DNA of 48,128 nucleotides from a virus (lineage: Duplodnaviria; Heunggongvirae; Uroviricota; Caudoviricetes). The DNA is taken from the IMG/VR virus record IMGVR_UViG_2529292716_000011; one strand, written 5' to 3'. The position numbers were made by a program, and so were the translations under genes. Shown here one piece after another: positions 36,169 to 47,415 of the stretch. Numbering within the stretch: position 1 is the stretch's first letter; each line of letters starts with the position of its first letter. Under the pieces are notes generated by a model. It did not search any database and had not been told where the DNA came from. It was given only the letters and a program-made list of their open reading frames with translations.

Positions 36169-36558
36169 CCAATTTTTTACGTACGTAAACCACTAAATGA
36201 TATTTGCGAGAATGCTACCGAGTATTGAAAACACCACTACAAATACATAAGCAAATCCCAACAAATAACCAACAAATAATTTCCAGTGTTATTTTTAGCC
36301 GGTTTAAATTGAACCTTCAAATTATAGAGCACTTATAAATAACAGCCGTTAATATAAATTGGCTAATAGATTTATTTTTATTCAGTCAAGAGCCATGAAT
36401 AGGATTCGATAGAAAAAAGTTCAGATAAAAATAGAGATCTACTTCACAAATCAAACGAGAAACCAAAACTTACATCTTGAAATAATCACATTGATTAGAT
36501 GAATATTTATCGCGCAATGACATCATTTTTTAATAATAGTTCAAAAAAAGGGCTCACG

Positions 36559-37641
36559 ATGAAAAAATTAACAGTGGCAATTTCTGCTGTAGCTGCATCA
36601 GTACTGATGGCGATGTCTGCTCAGGCAGCTGAAATTTATAATAAAGACAGTAACAAGCTGGATCTGTACGGGAAAGTTAATGCTAAGCACTACTTCTCCT
36701 CTAATGATGCAGATGATGGTGATACTACTTATGCCCGTCTTGGCTTCAAAGGTGAAACCCAAATCAACGATCAACTGACTGGTTTCGGTCAGTGGGAATA
36801 TGAATTCAAAGGCAACCGCGCTGAATCTCAAGGTTCCTCCAAAGATAAAACCCGTCTTGCCTTCGCTGGCCTGAAATTCGGTGACTACGGCTCCATCGAT
36901 TACGGCCGTAACTACGGTGTAGCATACGACATCGGTGCGTGGACTGACGTCCTGCCAGAATTCGGTGGTGACACTTGGACTCAAACAGATGTGTTCATGA
37001 CTGGTCGCACCACTGGTGTTGCAACTTATCGTAACAACGACTTCTTTGGTCTGGTTGATGGTCTGAACTTTGCTGCTCAGTATCAGGGTAAAAATGACCG
37101 CACTGACGTAACTGAAGCTAATGGTGATGGTTTCGGTTTCTCCACTACTTATGAGTATGAAGGATTCGGTGTAGGTGCAACCTATGCTAAATCTGACCGC
37201 ACTAATAATCAGGTTATCTACGGTAACAACAGCCTGAATGCATCTGGTCAAAATGCTGAAGTATGGGCAGCTGGTCTGAAATATGATGCGAACAACATCT
37301 ATCTGGCTACCACCTATTCTGAAACCCAGAACATGACTGTTTTTGGTAATAACCATATTGCCAACAAAGCACAAAACTTCGAAGTAGTTGCACAATATCA
37401 GTTCGACTTCGGTCTGCGTCCGTCCGTTGCTTACCTGCAATCTAAAGGAAAAGACTTGGGTGCGTGGGGTGATCAGGACCTGGTTGAATATATTGATGTA
37501 GGTGCAACCTATTACTTCAACAAAAATATGTCCACTTTTGTTGATTACAAAATCAACCTGATTGATAAGAGCGATTTCACGAAAGCATCTGGCGTTGCTA
37601 CCGATGATATCGTTGCTGTAGGTATGGTTTACCAGTTCTAA
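36559..37641 (+). CDS. nmpC: outer-membrane general porin (NmpC/OmpD-like), intact
   Basis: Start at [23 protein letters not shown]; porin translation with C-terminal aromatic residue; sits between Q and the lysis cassette on the opposite strand as in DLP12. Confidence 0.85.
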   Translation: MKKLTVAISAVAASVLMAMSAQAAEIYNKDSNKLDLYGKVNAKHYFSSNDADDGDTTYARLGFKGETQINDQLTGFGQWEYEFKGNRAESQGSSKDKTRLAFAGLKFGDYGSIDYGRNYGVAYDIGAWTDVLPEFGGDTWTQTDVFMTGRTTGVATYRNNDFFGLVDGLNFAAQYQGKNDRTDVTEANGDGFGFSTTYEYEGFGVGATYAKSDRTNNQVIYGNNSLNASGQNAEVWAAGLKYDANNIYLATTYSETQNMTVFGNNHIANKAQNFEVVAQYQFDFGLRPSVAYLQSKGKDLGAWGDQDLVEYIDVGATYYFNKNMSTFVDYKINLIDKSDFTKASGVATDDIVAVGMVYQF

Positions 37642-37771
37642 TTTGATTACTAAAAGATATGTTGCGGGAGGCTTTGCCTCCCCAACATATAAGTGGCTCC
37701 CTCAAGCCACTTCCTTTAGGAGCACAACCTTGCTTCTAACTATATAAACCTTCTGTTATATATTACCCTTT

Positions 37772-37803
37772 ATTTTTGGGGGCGTTGCAACGCCCCATTT
37801 TTA
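37772..37803. terminator. bidirectional rho-independent terminator between porin and Q
   Basis: Perfect palindrome ggggcgttgcaacgcccc flanked by T-runs on both sides. Confidence 0.7.
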
Positions 37804-37829
37804 ATAATTTTTAGTAAACAATTGGCATA

Positions 37830-38228
37830 TTAATTAGAGTTATTAACAACGATATCCATCTCTAACCGGATATCTAATGCCATTAACATCCCTTCAATTA
37901 TGCCCTCAGCCTTCTGTAACCTTTTCCCGATATAACCATCAGAGCAGCAATGCTTACCTGCCAGTGACATGAATGTCATACCGACTACATAATAATCTAC
38001 TAATAAATCGTGCAAATCGCTGTTGTTCTTTTTCAGACGGGCCATGCACCCGCAAATAATCATCGCGTCATCGTCACAACATTGCGGGCGAGATTTTACT
38101 TTTGAAGTAATTAATCCCTTAAAACCGGCGGCAATGGACGACCAGGTCACATCTTCATGATTATTAGCCGCCCACGCTCCCCAACGCTCAAGAACCATCT
38201 GAATATCACGCATCAACTTACTCCACAA
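37830..38228 (-). CDS. Q: late-gene antiterminator Q (phage-82/DLP12 QuuD type)
   Basis: Cys-rich zinc-binding translation ([16 protein letters not shown]); true start may be the internal MRDIQMV. Confidence 0.85.
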   Translation of the reverse strand: MWSKLMRDIQMVLERWGAWAANNHEDVTWSSIAAGFKGLITSKVKSRPQCCDDDAMIICGCMARLKKNNSDLHDLLVDYYVVGMTFMSLAGKHCCSDGYIGKRLQKAEGIIEGMLMALDIRLEMDIVVNNSN

Positions 38229-38435
38229 AAATCAGACCAGAACGCCAATTACAAGCAAAAATCAACAAAACAGTATTAGTTGATTGTTATCTCTGACTTC
38301 ATACTCCTGCTCCTGTCAGGGTTTTGGCGTAATTCTTCAGTATTCGGTAATCGGTCAAAACAGAACCGGGGAAACGATATAAGCGCAGATGCCCCCAGCG
38401 GTGGCGAAGAAGTTCTGCCATATAAAACTCAAACA

Positions 38436-38798
38436 TCATTCATTCCCCATTTCGGTGATGGTCAGTTCCAGCCTCCCACCTTTGGTAACAGGCATCTTCA
38501 CAACGCGGTAATCAACGACCTGAGCATCATCCAGCCAGAAACCTGCTTTGGTGAGTGCGTCAAAAGCGGCTTTTTGCAGATTATCCAGGTCACGGCGACG
38601 GCGATCCGGCATGTGGCACTCAATACGGATTTTCACTGGCATAGCCAGGCCGATATCCAGCATTGCGTTTTTAATGATTCGGGTGACGTTATCGCGGTAT
38701 GCCTGCCCTTCTGCGCTGATGTGTGTGCGCCCGCGATTATGGCGGTAATAGCGGTTATTGCTCGGAGGCCAGGGTAATGTGATGCTGTAGGTATTCAC
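38436..38798 (-). CDS. rusA: Holliday junction resolvase RusA
   Basis: 120 aa; RusA-like. Confidence 0.9.
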   Translation of the reverse strand: MNTYSITLPWPPSNNRYYRHNRGRTHISAEGQAYRDNVTRIIKNAMLDIGLAMPVKIRIECHMPDRRRRDLDNLQKAAFDALTKAGFWLDDAQVVDYRVVKMPVTKGGRLELTITEMGNE

Positions 38799-39085
38799 GC
38801 CTTAATAACCCCCTCTTTCAGCCAGATAACCTGCGTTCTCGCCATACCTTCCAGCGCGCATTCTTTTGCATACTCAGCATCGACAAAATATGTGCGGCGG
38901 TCGATTTCGTCGTGACAGGCAGAACATGCAATGGTGGCAATCAGGTCTGGCGGTTTGATACCGGTACCGCACAATCCAGCCAGCCGGATATGTGCCAGTA
39001 CTGACGTTTCAGGATTGCCATTACATACGCCAGGGATTCTTACCTGGCATTCCCGACCACGCGCTGCTTTTCTCAAATCAGCCAT
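38795..39085 (-). CDS. ybcO: DUF1364 protein (YbcO-like putative nuclease)
   Basis: Cys-rich translation; start taken at [10 protein letters not shown] after an AGGAGG RBS (ORF track start 39124). Confidence 0.75.
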   Translation of the reverse strand: MADLRKAARGRECQVRIPGVCNGNPETSVLAHIRLAGLCGTGIKPPDLIATIACSACHDEIDRRTYFVDAEYAKECALEGMARTQVIWLKEGVIKA

Positions 39086-39248
39086 GATTCCTCCTTGCTG
39101 CCAGTCGCAACCATTTTTTATCAACCAGGCTAGCGGTATATCCGAGCAGTGTTGGTATTTCGGATGGCTTCAGCTCAGGCTTACGCTTACGACGATTTGA
39201 TACTCTGTAGATGTGCCCGTTCATGACACGAATAAGCGGTGTAGCCAT
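39078..39248 (-). CDS. ninE: NinE-like small protein
   Basis: 56-codon ORF below the ORF-track threshold, translated by hand ([56 protein letters not shown]); overlaps the ninB stop (TAATG) and the ybcO start. Confidence 0.6.
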   Translation of the reverse strand: MATPLIRVMNGHIYRVSNRRKRKPELKPSEIPTLLGYTASLVDKKWLRLAARRNHG

Positions 39249-39703
39249 TACGCCTCCTGCTTATCGCGCAGCTGCTGGTATTCACAGCTCTGCGGAATTG
39301 TCAGGTGGCAGCCGATATTCATCGCCCAGGCTTCGACTTTGCACAGGAAGATGTACATCTCGCCGGTTTCCAGCTCTGACGTATGGCGGAGGGATTGGAC
39401 GGTGGTGACCTCGCCGGACACGACATCTACACGGTCTTTGCTTTCGTAGCCGAGATAGGTGTGCTTCATCGCGTCTTTGACCCACTCAGGCGTAGCGAAG
39501 GTCTTGCCGCGGGCGATGAGATATTCGCTGATCTCCGTGTACCACATGTGGCTGAGCGCGTTCTGCGACAGGCTGCGCTTCTCGCGCCACGGCTTAACCT
39601 GCAGGCGTAAGCATTGCCCGGCATCCAGCAATGGCTGAATCTGCTGGCCGATGGCCGCGAAGTTACCGCGATGGAGTTTGATGCCGTCTACTGGCAGAGT
39701 CAT
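39248..39703 (-). CDS. ninB: NinB/YbcN-family recombination protein
   Basis: 151 aa; NinB-like motif RSLSQNALSHMW. Confidence 0.8.
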   Translation of the reverse strand: MTLPVDGIKLHRGNFAAIGQQIQPLLDAGQCLRLQVKPWREKRSLSQNALSHMWYTEISEYLIARGKTFATPEWVKDAMKHTYLGYESKDRVDVVSGEVTTVQSLRHTSELETGEMYIFLCKVEAWAMNIGCHLTIPQSCEYQQLRDKQEA

Positions 39704-39967
39704 ACGGCCTCCCTAACGGAAACCGCAGAATGCAGAAAATCGCAGGTGCATTTCTGCATCTGTGACAAGGTGATGAGTTCAGATTGTGGTCGCATTTAAG
39801 TCCCCTTAAATGCGCAGAAGTCACCGGAGTTGTTCAGGCTCCGATGAGAGGATTATGGCGGATTGATTACGATAAATCAAAACTATCTTGAAGCCAAAAC
39901 AGTGATCTTCGCTTTAAAAACCTTGTATACTTTCACCTAATCACAGCCAGAACTATGGATCTAACCA

Positions 39968-40345
39968 ATGACCAACAAAGAAAACAAAGATAAATATATT
40001 AACAAGTTCAAGAAAGAGCTTTCAAAATATATACAACCAACTGCTGGAGTGGACATTCAATTATTTAACTCTAAGGATGGTGGTGGTGTAATTAAAGCCA
40101 CTTTGAATAGAAGTGGAAAAAGAAAATCATCTATTGCTGGTAATTTTACTAAATTAGGTGAGGCAATTACCTCGAGTGGGCAGAGGGTTTTTGGTGGTGA
40201 TCTATCAAATGTGAATTTTTACGGAACAAATACGATTTTTGATGGAGATACAATATTTTTAATTAAATCACCTGATTCAGAGGAGTGGTCATCACAAAAA
40301 GCTTCCAAAGACGTAGAGGGCATCGTATTTGGAGGGAAAAAATGA
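39968..40345 (+). CDS. hypothetical soluble protein (125 aa), AT-rich
   Basis: Lys-rich; no signal peptide or TM; no family recognised; opposite strand to the nin genes. Confidence 0.55.
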   Translation: MTNKENKDKYINKFKKELSKYIQPTAGVDIQLFNSKDGGGVIKATLNRSGKRKSSIAGNFTKLGEAITSSGQRVFGGDLSNVNFYGTNTIFDGDTIFLIKSPDSEEWSSQKASKDVEGIVFGGKK

Positions 40346-40427
40346 TTAACATTACTACTAAGGATGCACTCAAGTCAGTGGTGAAGTAAGAGATCTAGTA
40401 ATTCTTCTTGAAACTGATGGAAAAACG

Positions 40428-40769
40428 GTGTCTGATTATTTGCAGCCAATCCCTCCCAAAAAAGATACACACTGGAGCATGATTTTCATTCCGGTAGCAA
40501 TTTATATACTACTTAATCTTGTATACATTATTGCTCACCCATTATTTCCTGAAAAATATCTAAAAACATCAACATCTATATTTCTATTCATTTCCTTCAT
40601 ATTAAGTGCAATAGTAGCATATTTTGTTTTCCATAAGCATAAATCTGCCACTCTATCCATATGCAGCTTAGTGTTCTTAGTGTTAATTGTAGGTGCTAAC
40701 GTAGGGTTTATCAGTTACAGCGACCTAACACAAAAAGCGACGCAAAAATTAGATAGTTTGTCTAAATAA
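40428..40769 (+). CDS. hypothetical small membrane protein (about 3 TM), AT-rich
   Basis: ORF begins at GTG 40428; a better start is ATG 40479 preceded by GGAG; three hydrophobic helices. Confidence 0.5.
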   Translation: MSDYLQPIPPKKDTHWSMIFIPVAIYILLNLVYIIAHPLFPEKYLKTSTSIFLFISFILSAIVAYFVFHKHKSATLSICSLVFLVLIVGANVGFISYSDLTQKATQKLDSLSK

Positions 40770-41208
40770 TTATGTTGCCATGCGAAGTATGCATGGCTGC
40801 ATGTCTGCCTTCCATTTAAAATGGGCTAAGACCTATAACCCTAAATATTATTCTTTATTATCTTCTTTACCACTTCGGTGATGCTGCCAACTTACTGATT
40901 TAGTGTATGATGGTGTTTTTGAGGTGCTCCAGTGGCTTCTGTTTCTATCAGCTGTCCCTCCTGTTCAGCTACTGACGGGGTGGTGCGTAACGGCAAAAGC
41001 ACTGCCGGACATCAGCGCTATCTCTGCTCTCACTGCCGTAAAACATGGCAACTGCAGTTCACTTACACCGCTTCTCAACCCGGTACGCACCAGAAAATCA
41101 TTGATATTGTCAGCGCCAGTGATATAAGACGGTAATTCGCCATTTGGATTGTCCGCTCCACCCAACATGTTGTTTCCTTAAGGTTCTCACACCAGAAAGG
41201 ACATCAAC

Positions 41209-43178
<1,970 letters not shown>

Positions 43179-43259
43179 CGAAAGTATTTAGCGGGCATGA
43201 AAATGGCAAATAACGGTCAAACATCGTGGCGTTGACAATATGGCCATGAATGGCGTTGG

Positions 43260-43763
43260 ATGCCGGGCAACTGCACGCATTATGGGCGTTGGCCTCAACA
43301 CGATTTTACGTCACTTAAAAAACTCAGGCCGCAGTCGGTAACCTCGCGCATACAGCCGGGCAGTGACGTCATCGTCTGCGCGGAAATGGACGAACAGTGG
43401 GGCTATGTCGGGGCTAAATCGCGCCAGCGCTGGCTGTTTTACGCGTATGACAGTCTCCGGAAGACGGTTGTTGCGCACGTATTCGGTGAACGCACTATGG
43501 CGACGCTGGGGCGTCTTATGAGCCTGCTGTCACCCTTTGACGTGGTGATATGGATGACGGATGGCTGGCCGCTGTATGAATCCCGCCTGAAGGGAAAGCT
43601 GCACGTAATCAGCAAGCGATATACGCAGCGAATTGAGCGGCATAACCTGAATCTGAGGCAGCACCTGACACGGCTGGGACGGAAGTCGCTGTCGTTCTCA
43701 AAATCGGTGGAGCTGCATGACAAAGTCATCGGGCATTATCTGAACATAAAACACTATCAATAA
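43260..43763 (+). CDS. insB: IS1 InsB frame of interrupted copy 3
   Basis: 167 aa, one substitution relative to copy 1. Confidence 0.85.
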   Translation: MPGNCTHYGRWPQHDFTSLKKLRPQSVTSRIQPGSDVIVCAEMDEQWGYVGAKSRQRWLFYAYDSLRKTVVAHVFGERTMATLGRLMSLLSPFDVVIWMTDGWPLYESRLKGKLHVISKRYTQRIERHNLNLRQHLTRLGRKSLSFSKSVELHDKVIGHYLNIKHYQ

Positions 43764-43911
43764 GTTGGAGTCATTACCCGCTTGCAGTAACGGCGAAAGG
43801 GGCAATGACAGCGCTGCCATGTCGACAAGAACTGGAATAGTGAGAAGTAAACGGCGAAGTCGCTCTTATCTCTAAATAGGACGTGAATTTTTTAACGACA
43901 GGTAGGTAATT

Positions 43912-45159
43912 ATGGCACTGAATATTCCATTCAGAAATGCGTACTATCGTTTTGCATCCAGTTACTCATTTCTCTTTTTTATTTCCTGGTCGCTGTGGTG
44001 GTCGTTATACGCTATTTGGCTGAAAGGACATCTAGGGTTGACAGGGACGGAATTAGGTACACTTTATTCGGTCAACCAGTTTACCAGCATTCTATTTATG
44101 ATGTTCTACGGCATCGTTCAGGATAAACTCGGTCTGAAGAAACCGCTCATCTGGTGTATGAGTTTCATCCTGGTCTTGACCGGACCGTTTATGATTTACG
44201 TTTATGAACCGTTACTGCAAAGCAATTTTTCTGTAGGTCTAATTCTGGGAGCGCTCTTTTTTGGCCTGGGGTATCTGGCGGGATGCGGTTTGCTTGACAG
44301 CTTCACCGAAAAAATGGCGCGAAATTTTCATTTCGAATATGGAACAGCGCGCGCCTGGGGATCTTTTGGCTATGCTATTGGCGCGTTCTTTGCCGGCATA
44401 TTTTTTAGTATCAGTCCCCATATCAACTTCTGGTTGGTCTCGCTATTTGGCGCTGTATTTATGATGATCAACATGTGTTTTAAAGATAAGGATCACCAGT
44501 GCGTAGCGGCGGATGCGGGAGGGGTAAAAAAAGAGGATTTTATCGCAGTTTTCAAGGATCGAAACTTCTGGGTTTTCGTCATATTTATTGTGGGGACGTG
44601 GTCTTTCTATAACATTTTTGATCAACAACTTTTTCCTGTCTTTTATGCAGGTTTATTCGAATCACACGATGTAGGAACGCGCCTGTATGGTTATCTCAAC
44701 TCATTCCAGGTGGTACTCGAAGCGCTATGCATGGCGATTATTCCTTTCTTTGTGAATCGGGTAGGGCCAAAAAATGCATTACTTATCGGTGTTGTGATTA
44801 TGGCGTTGCGTATCCTTTCCTGCGCGCTGTTCGTTAACCCCTGGATTATTTCATTAGTGAAGCTGTTACATGCCATTGAGGTTCCACTTTGTGTCATATC
44901 CGTCTTCAAATACAGCGTGGCAAATTTTGATAAGCGCCTGTCGTCGACGATCTTTCTGATTGGTTTTCAAATTGCCAGTTCGCTTGGGATTGTGCTGCTT
45001 TCAACGCCGACTGGGATACTCTTTGACCACGCAGGCTACCAGACAGTTTTCTTCGCAATTTCGGGTATTGTCTGCCTAATGTTGCTATTTGGCATTTTCT
45101 TCCTGAGTAAAAAACGCGAGCAAATAGTTATGGAAACGCCTGTACCTTCAGCAATATAG
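43912..45159 (+). CDS. cscB: sucrose:proton symporter CscB (oligosaccharide/H+ symporter, LacY family)
   Basis: 415 aa, 12-TM MFS permease; translation recognised as CscB from memory; no cscK/cscA/cscR nearby. Confidence 0.8.
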   Translation: MALNIPFRNAYYRFASSYSFLFFISWSLWWSLYAIWLKGHLGLTGTELGTLYSVNQFTSILFMMFYGIVQDKLGLKKPLIWCMSFILVLTGPFMIYVYEPLLQSNFSVGLILGALFFGLGYLAGCGLLDSFTEKMARNFHFEYGTARAWGSFGYAIGAFFAGIFFSISPHINFWLVSLFGAVFMMINMCFKDKDHQCVAADAGGVKKEDFIAVFKDRNFWVFVIFIVGTWSFYNIFDQQLFPVFYAGLFESHDVGTRLYGYLNSFQVVLEALCMAIIPFFVNRVGPKNALLIGVVIMALRILSCALFVNPWIISLVKLLHAIEVPLCVISVFKYSVANFDKRLSSTIFLIGFQIASSLGIVLLSTPTGILFDHAGYQTVFFAISGIVCLMLLFGIFFLSKKREQIVMETPVPSAI

Positions 45160-45514
45160 ACGTAAACTTTTCCGGTTGTTGTCGATATCTCCCTATCCCT
45201 CAACCGGAAAATAATAATACTAAAGTGCTTAGCCCGGCTAATAATCACCTAATCCAAACGCCTCATTCATGTTCTGGTACAGTCGCTCAAATGTACTTCA
45301 GATGCGCGGTTCGCTGATTTCCAGGACATTGTCGTCATTCAGCGACCTGTCCCGTGTATCACGGTCCTGCGAATTCATCAAGGAATGCATTGCGGAGTGA
45401 AGTATCGAGTCACGCCATATTTCGCTATCAGGATTCTGTGTGATGGTTACATCGCCCGGCCCAGGGCTGTTTAGTCATCAGCGCTTTCTGACAGTGCTGA
45501 GATTTCAACCTGTT

Positions 45515-45650
45515 GCAGTAAAAATGAGTAGATATAAGGCAAGTGTGCTGCCAAACCCATCTTTTACGGGGTGCAACCTGTTGCAGTAAAAATGAGTAGA
45601 TATAAGGCAAGTGTGCTGCCAAACCCATCTTTTACGGGGTGAAGGTAGAT
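45515..45650. repeat. perfect tandem duplication, 2 x 68 bp
   Basis: 45515-45582 and 45583-45650 are identical (caacctgttgcagtaaaaatgagtag...ttttacggggtg). Confidence 0.95.
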
Positions 45651-45667
45651 TTCGTTTGAAGGGTATC

Positions 45668-45682
45668 TGGTGTCCCCTGCAG
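45668..45682 (-). other. att-like core: inverted 15-nt copy of the argW 3' end
   Basis: tggtgtcccctgcag is the reverse complement of the last 15 nt of the tRNA (ctgcaggggacacca, through CCA); similarity stops at the tRNA terminus. Confidence 0.6.
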
Positions 45683-45755
45683 ACATCTACTTGAGGCGGC
45701 AGGGGATTGATTGGAATGCTGTTTTTTAGATTTGAAAAATATTTTACCCGCTATT

Positions 45756-45956
45756 TTACCCATTGGCGCGGCTTAAGAGCTTATTTTTGAATTCACAATG
45801 GTCACGATATAACCATCTTGCTCGTCCGTGGATAACTTTGGCTTTAGGCAGGTCGCCGGACTTAATCCGGTCATAGATGAAGGTCTTACCGAAGCCAGTA
45901 TCAGCCATGATGAATTTCAAATCAACCAGTGAATCAGGTTGTAGTTCGTGTTGCAT
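45756..45956 (-). CDS. torI: AlpA/TorI-family excisionase-like DNA-binding protein
   Basis: 66 aa; winged-helix AlpA signature; length, N-terminus and position at the far end of an argW island fit the KplE1 RDF TorI (identity from memory). Confidence 0.6.
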   Translation of the reverse strand: MQHELQPDSLVDLKFIMADTGFGKTFIYDRIKSGDLPKAKVIHGRARWLYRDHCEFKNKLLSRANG

Positions 45957-46078
45957 GAGTGCTATCTCCGAATATGGAATCGAACCTGCAAATCAGGCAA
46001 TAAAAAGCCGCATTGATGCAGCAATGGTAGGTCTGGATATCTTGAGAAATGAACAGGCCTCATCGAGTGTGAGGCGGG

Positions 46079-46423
46079 TTAGTCCTTGCGTAGCTCGCTG
46101 ATTCTTCTGTAAGTCTCTGGTGCTTTGTTCCCGTACGTCTTCATTTCAGACTTCAACAGAGCAACGAGTGAATCCCATTCGTTGAGGATTCCTTTGAATG
46201 CCGGAACGCGCTTTGCAACCTTGTCGAATGAATCTCTGATTTCTGGAATCTGCTCAACAAGTGCAACGCATCGCCGAAAGTCTGCTGCGTCATGGGGAGC
46301 GCCGAAGTGATGACCATAGATATTCTTTTTCAGGCCACATGCGATTGAGGCAAGAGTTGCGCTACTGATGCCGACATCGCCAGTTGATTGCCATTTCAAA
46401 ACCTTCATAGCCAAATCTGACAT
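46079..46423 (-). CDS. hypothetical protein (114 aa)
   Basis: No family recognised. Confidence 0.5.
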   Translation of the reverse strand: MSDLAMKVLKWQSTGDVGISSATLASIACGLKKNIYGHHFGAPHDAADFRRCVALVEQIPEIRDSFDKVAKRVPAFKGILNEWDSLVALLKSEMKTYGNKAPETYRRISELRKD

Positions 46424-46739
46424 TTCTTGTCTCCATAAAACAAAACTCGCCGTAGCGAGCTCAGATAAAAGAAATCCCCGTCAGTGCGAGGATGCTGTTC
46501 ATTGCTGCTATACACTTTTTTGCTCTCAACGTAAGCGGTAGCCCATTCTGTTGGGTTGGTCAGTTGCTTTTAGGAAATGCTCTTTACCCCTTAAACGTCG
46601 GCTGAAAGAGCTAAAATCCATGCAAAAAATTTACGCAATTTTGTGTATTATTGTGCAGTAAGTAATGAGCTATTTTCTGTGCAAAAAATGGATGATAAAT
46701 TTGTCCGGGGCAGGAAAAATTTTATGGGCGCTAAACATG

Positions 46740-47267
46740 AAAAAAGATTCGTATCCTTATTTGATTTGCATGACAGTTTCAGGGCTGATCTTTATTTTCC
46801 TTTTCTTCTGGTGGCGGGCAGATATCTACAGGGTCACGTTTCTTAATCAGAGTATATCCCACTATTACATTCTGTTTAGCATGGGAATAGCTTTTCTGTT
46901 ATCTCTGTTTTGGGTTAAGAAGGGGATAGTAAAACAAAGCGGCTGGAAGAGTCTGTCAGCATACCTTAAGGTTTATGCAGGGATATGCATATTTTCTGGA
47001 TTTTTTCTGATTATACCCCTTACAACACTAACTTATTTTTTGCCTGGAGAGACATCGTCTTATGTTGCACCGTATCGGTATACTTCCGGTAGTTCAAAAA
47101 GTTGTTCTGGAGCTGAGGTGGATGACCCCGATCTACATGAGAATATTCGCATTTGCTATCCGTATGGCAATTATGAGTACGATAATATTATCTATGTTGA
47201 AAAGAAAATTAATACATTAGGTGCGGTAGTGACATATGCACAGACCGCGCGTGATGATACTGAATGA
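46740..47267 (+). CDS. hypothetical membrane protein with Cys-containing C-terminal domain, AT-rich
   Basis: Likely start at MKKDSYPYLICMTVSGL (ORF track start 46665); 3-4 TM segments, then a soluble tail. Confidence 0.45.
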   Translation, partial: KKDSYPYLICMTVSGLIFIFLFFWWRADIYRVTFLNQSISHYYILFSMGIAFLLSLFWVKKGIVKQSGWKSLSAYLKVYAGICIFSGFFLIIPLTTLTYFLPGETSSYVAPYRYTSGSSKSCSGAEVDDPDLHENIRICYPYGNYEYDNIIYVEKKINTLGAVVTYAQTARDDTE

Positions 47268-47415
47268 GATAGTATATAGCGGGCAAGTTTTAGTTAATTT
47301 ATCGAGGTAATATAATTTACCTCGACTCGTTTATTCTGGTATGAATATTTCGCTTTACGATCGATTTTTATCTGATGATATCATGCGGTTTTCATATACT
47401 GACTTACTGTCTTTT

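Noticed and set aside
39785-39810. Inverted repeat gcatttaag-tcccc-cttaaatgc upstream of ninB as a tR2-like terminator
   Set aside because: No U-run follows the hairpin in either transcription direction, so an intrinsic terminator is not supported; it could be a protein-binding palindrome but evidence is insufficient
45428-45628. 66-aa minus-strand ORF spanning the 68-bp tandem duplication
   Set aside because: It reads through a perfect tandem repeat, has no RBS and a Cys/His/Trp-rich improbable composition; more likely non-coding
45515-45650. Possible CRISPR array or minisatellite at the 68-bp repeats
   Set aside because: Only two directly abutting copies with no spacers and no cas genes; the unit is too long and lacks the repeat-spacer periodicity
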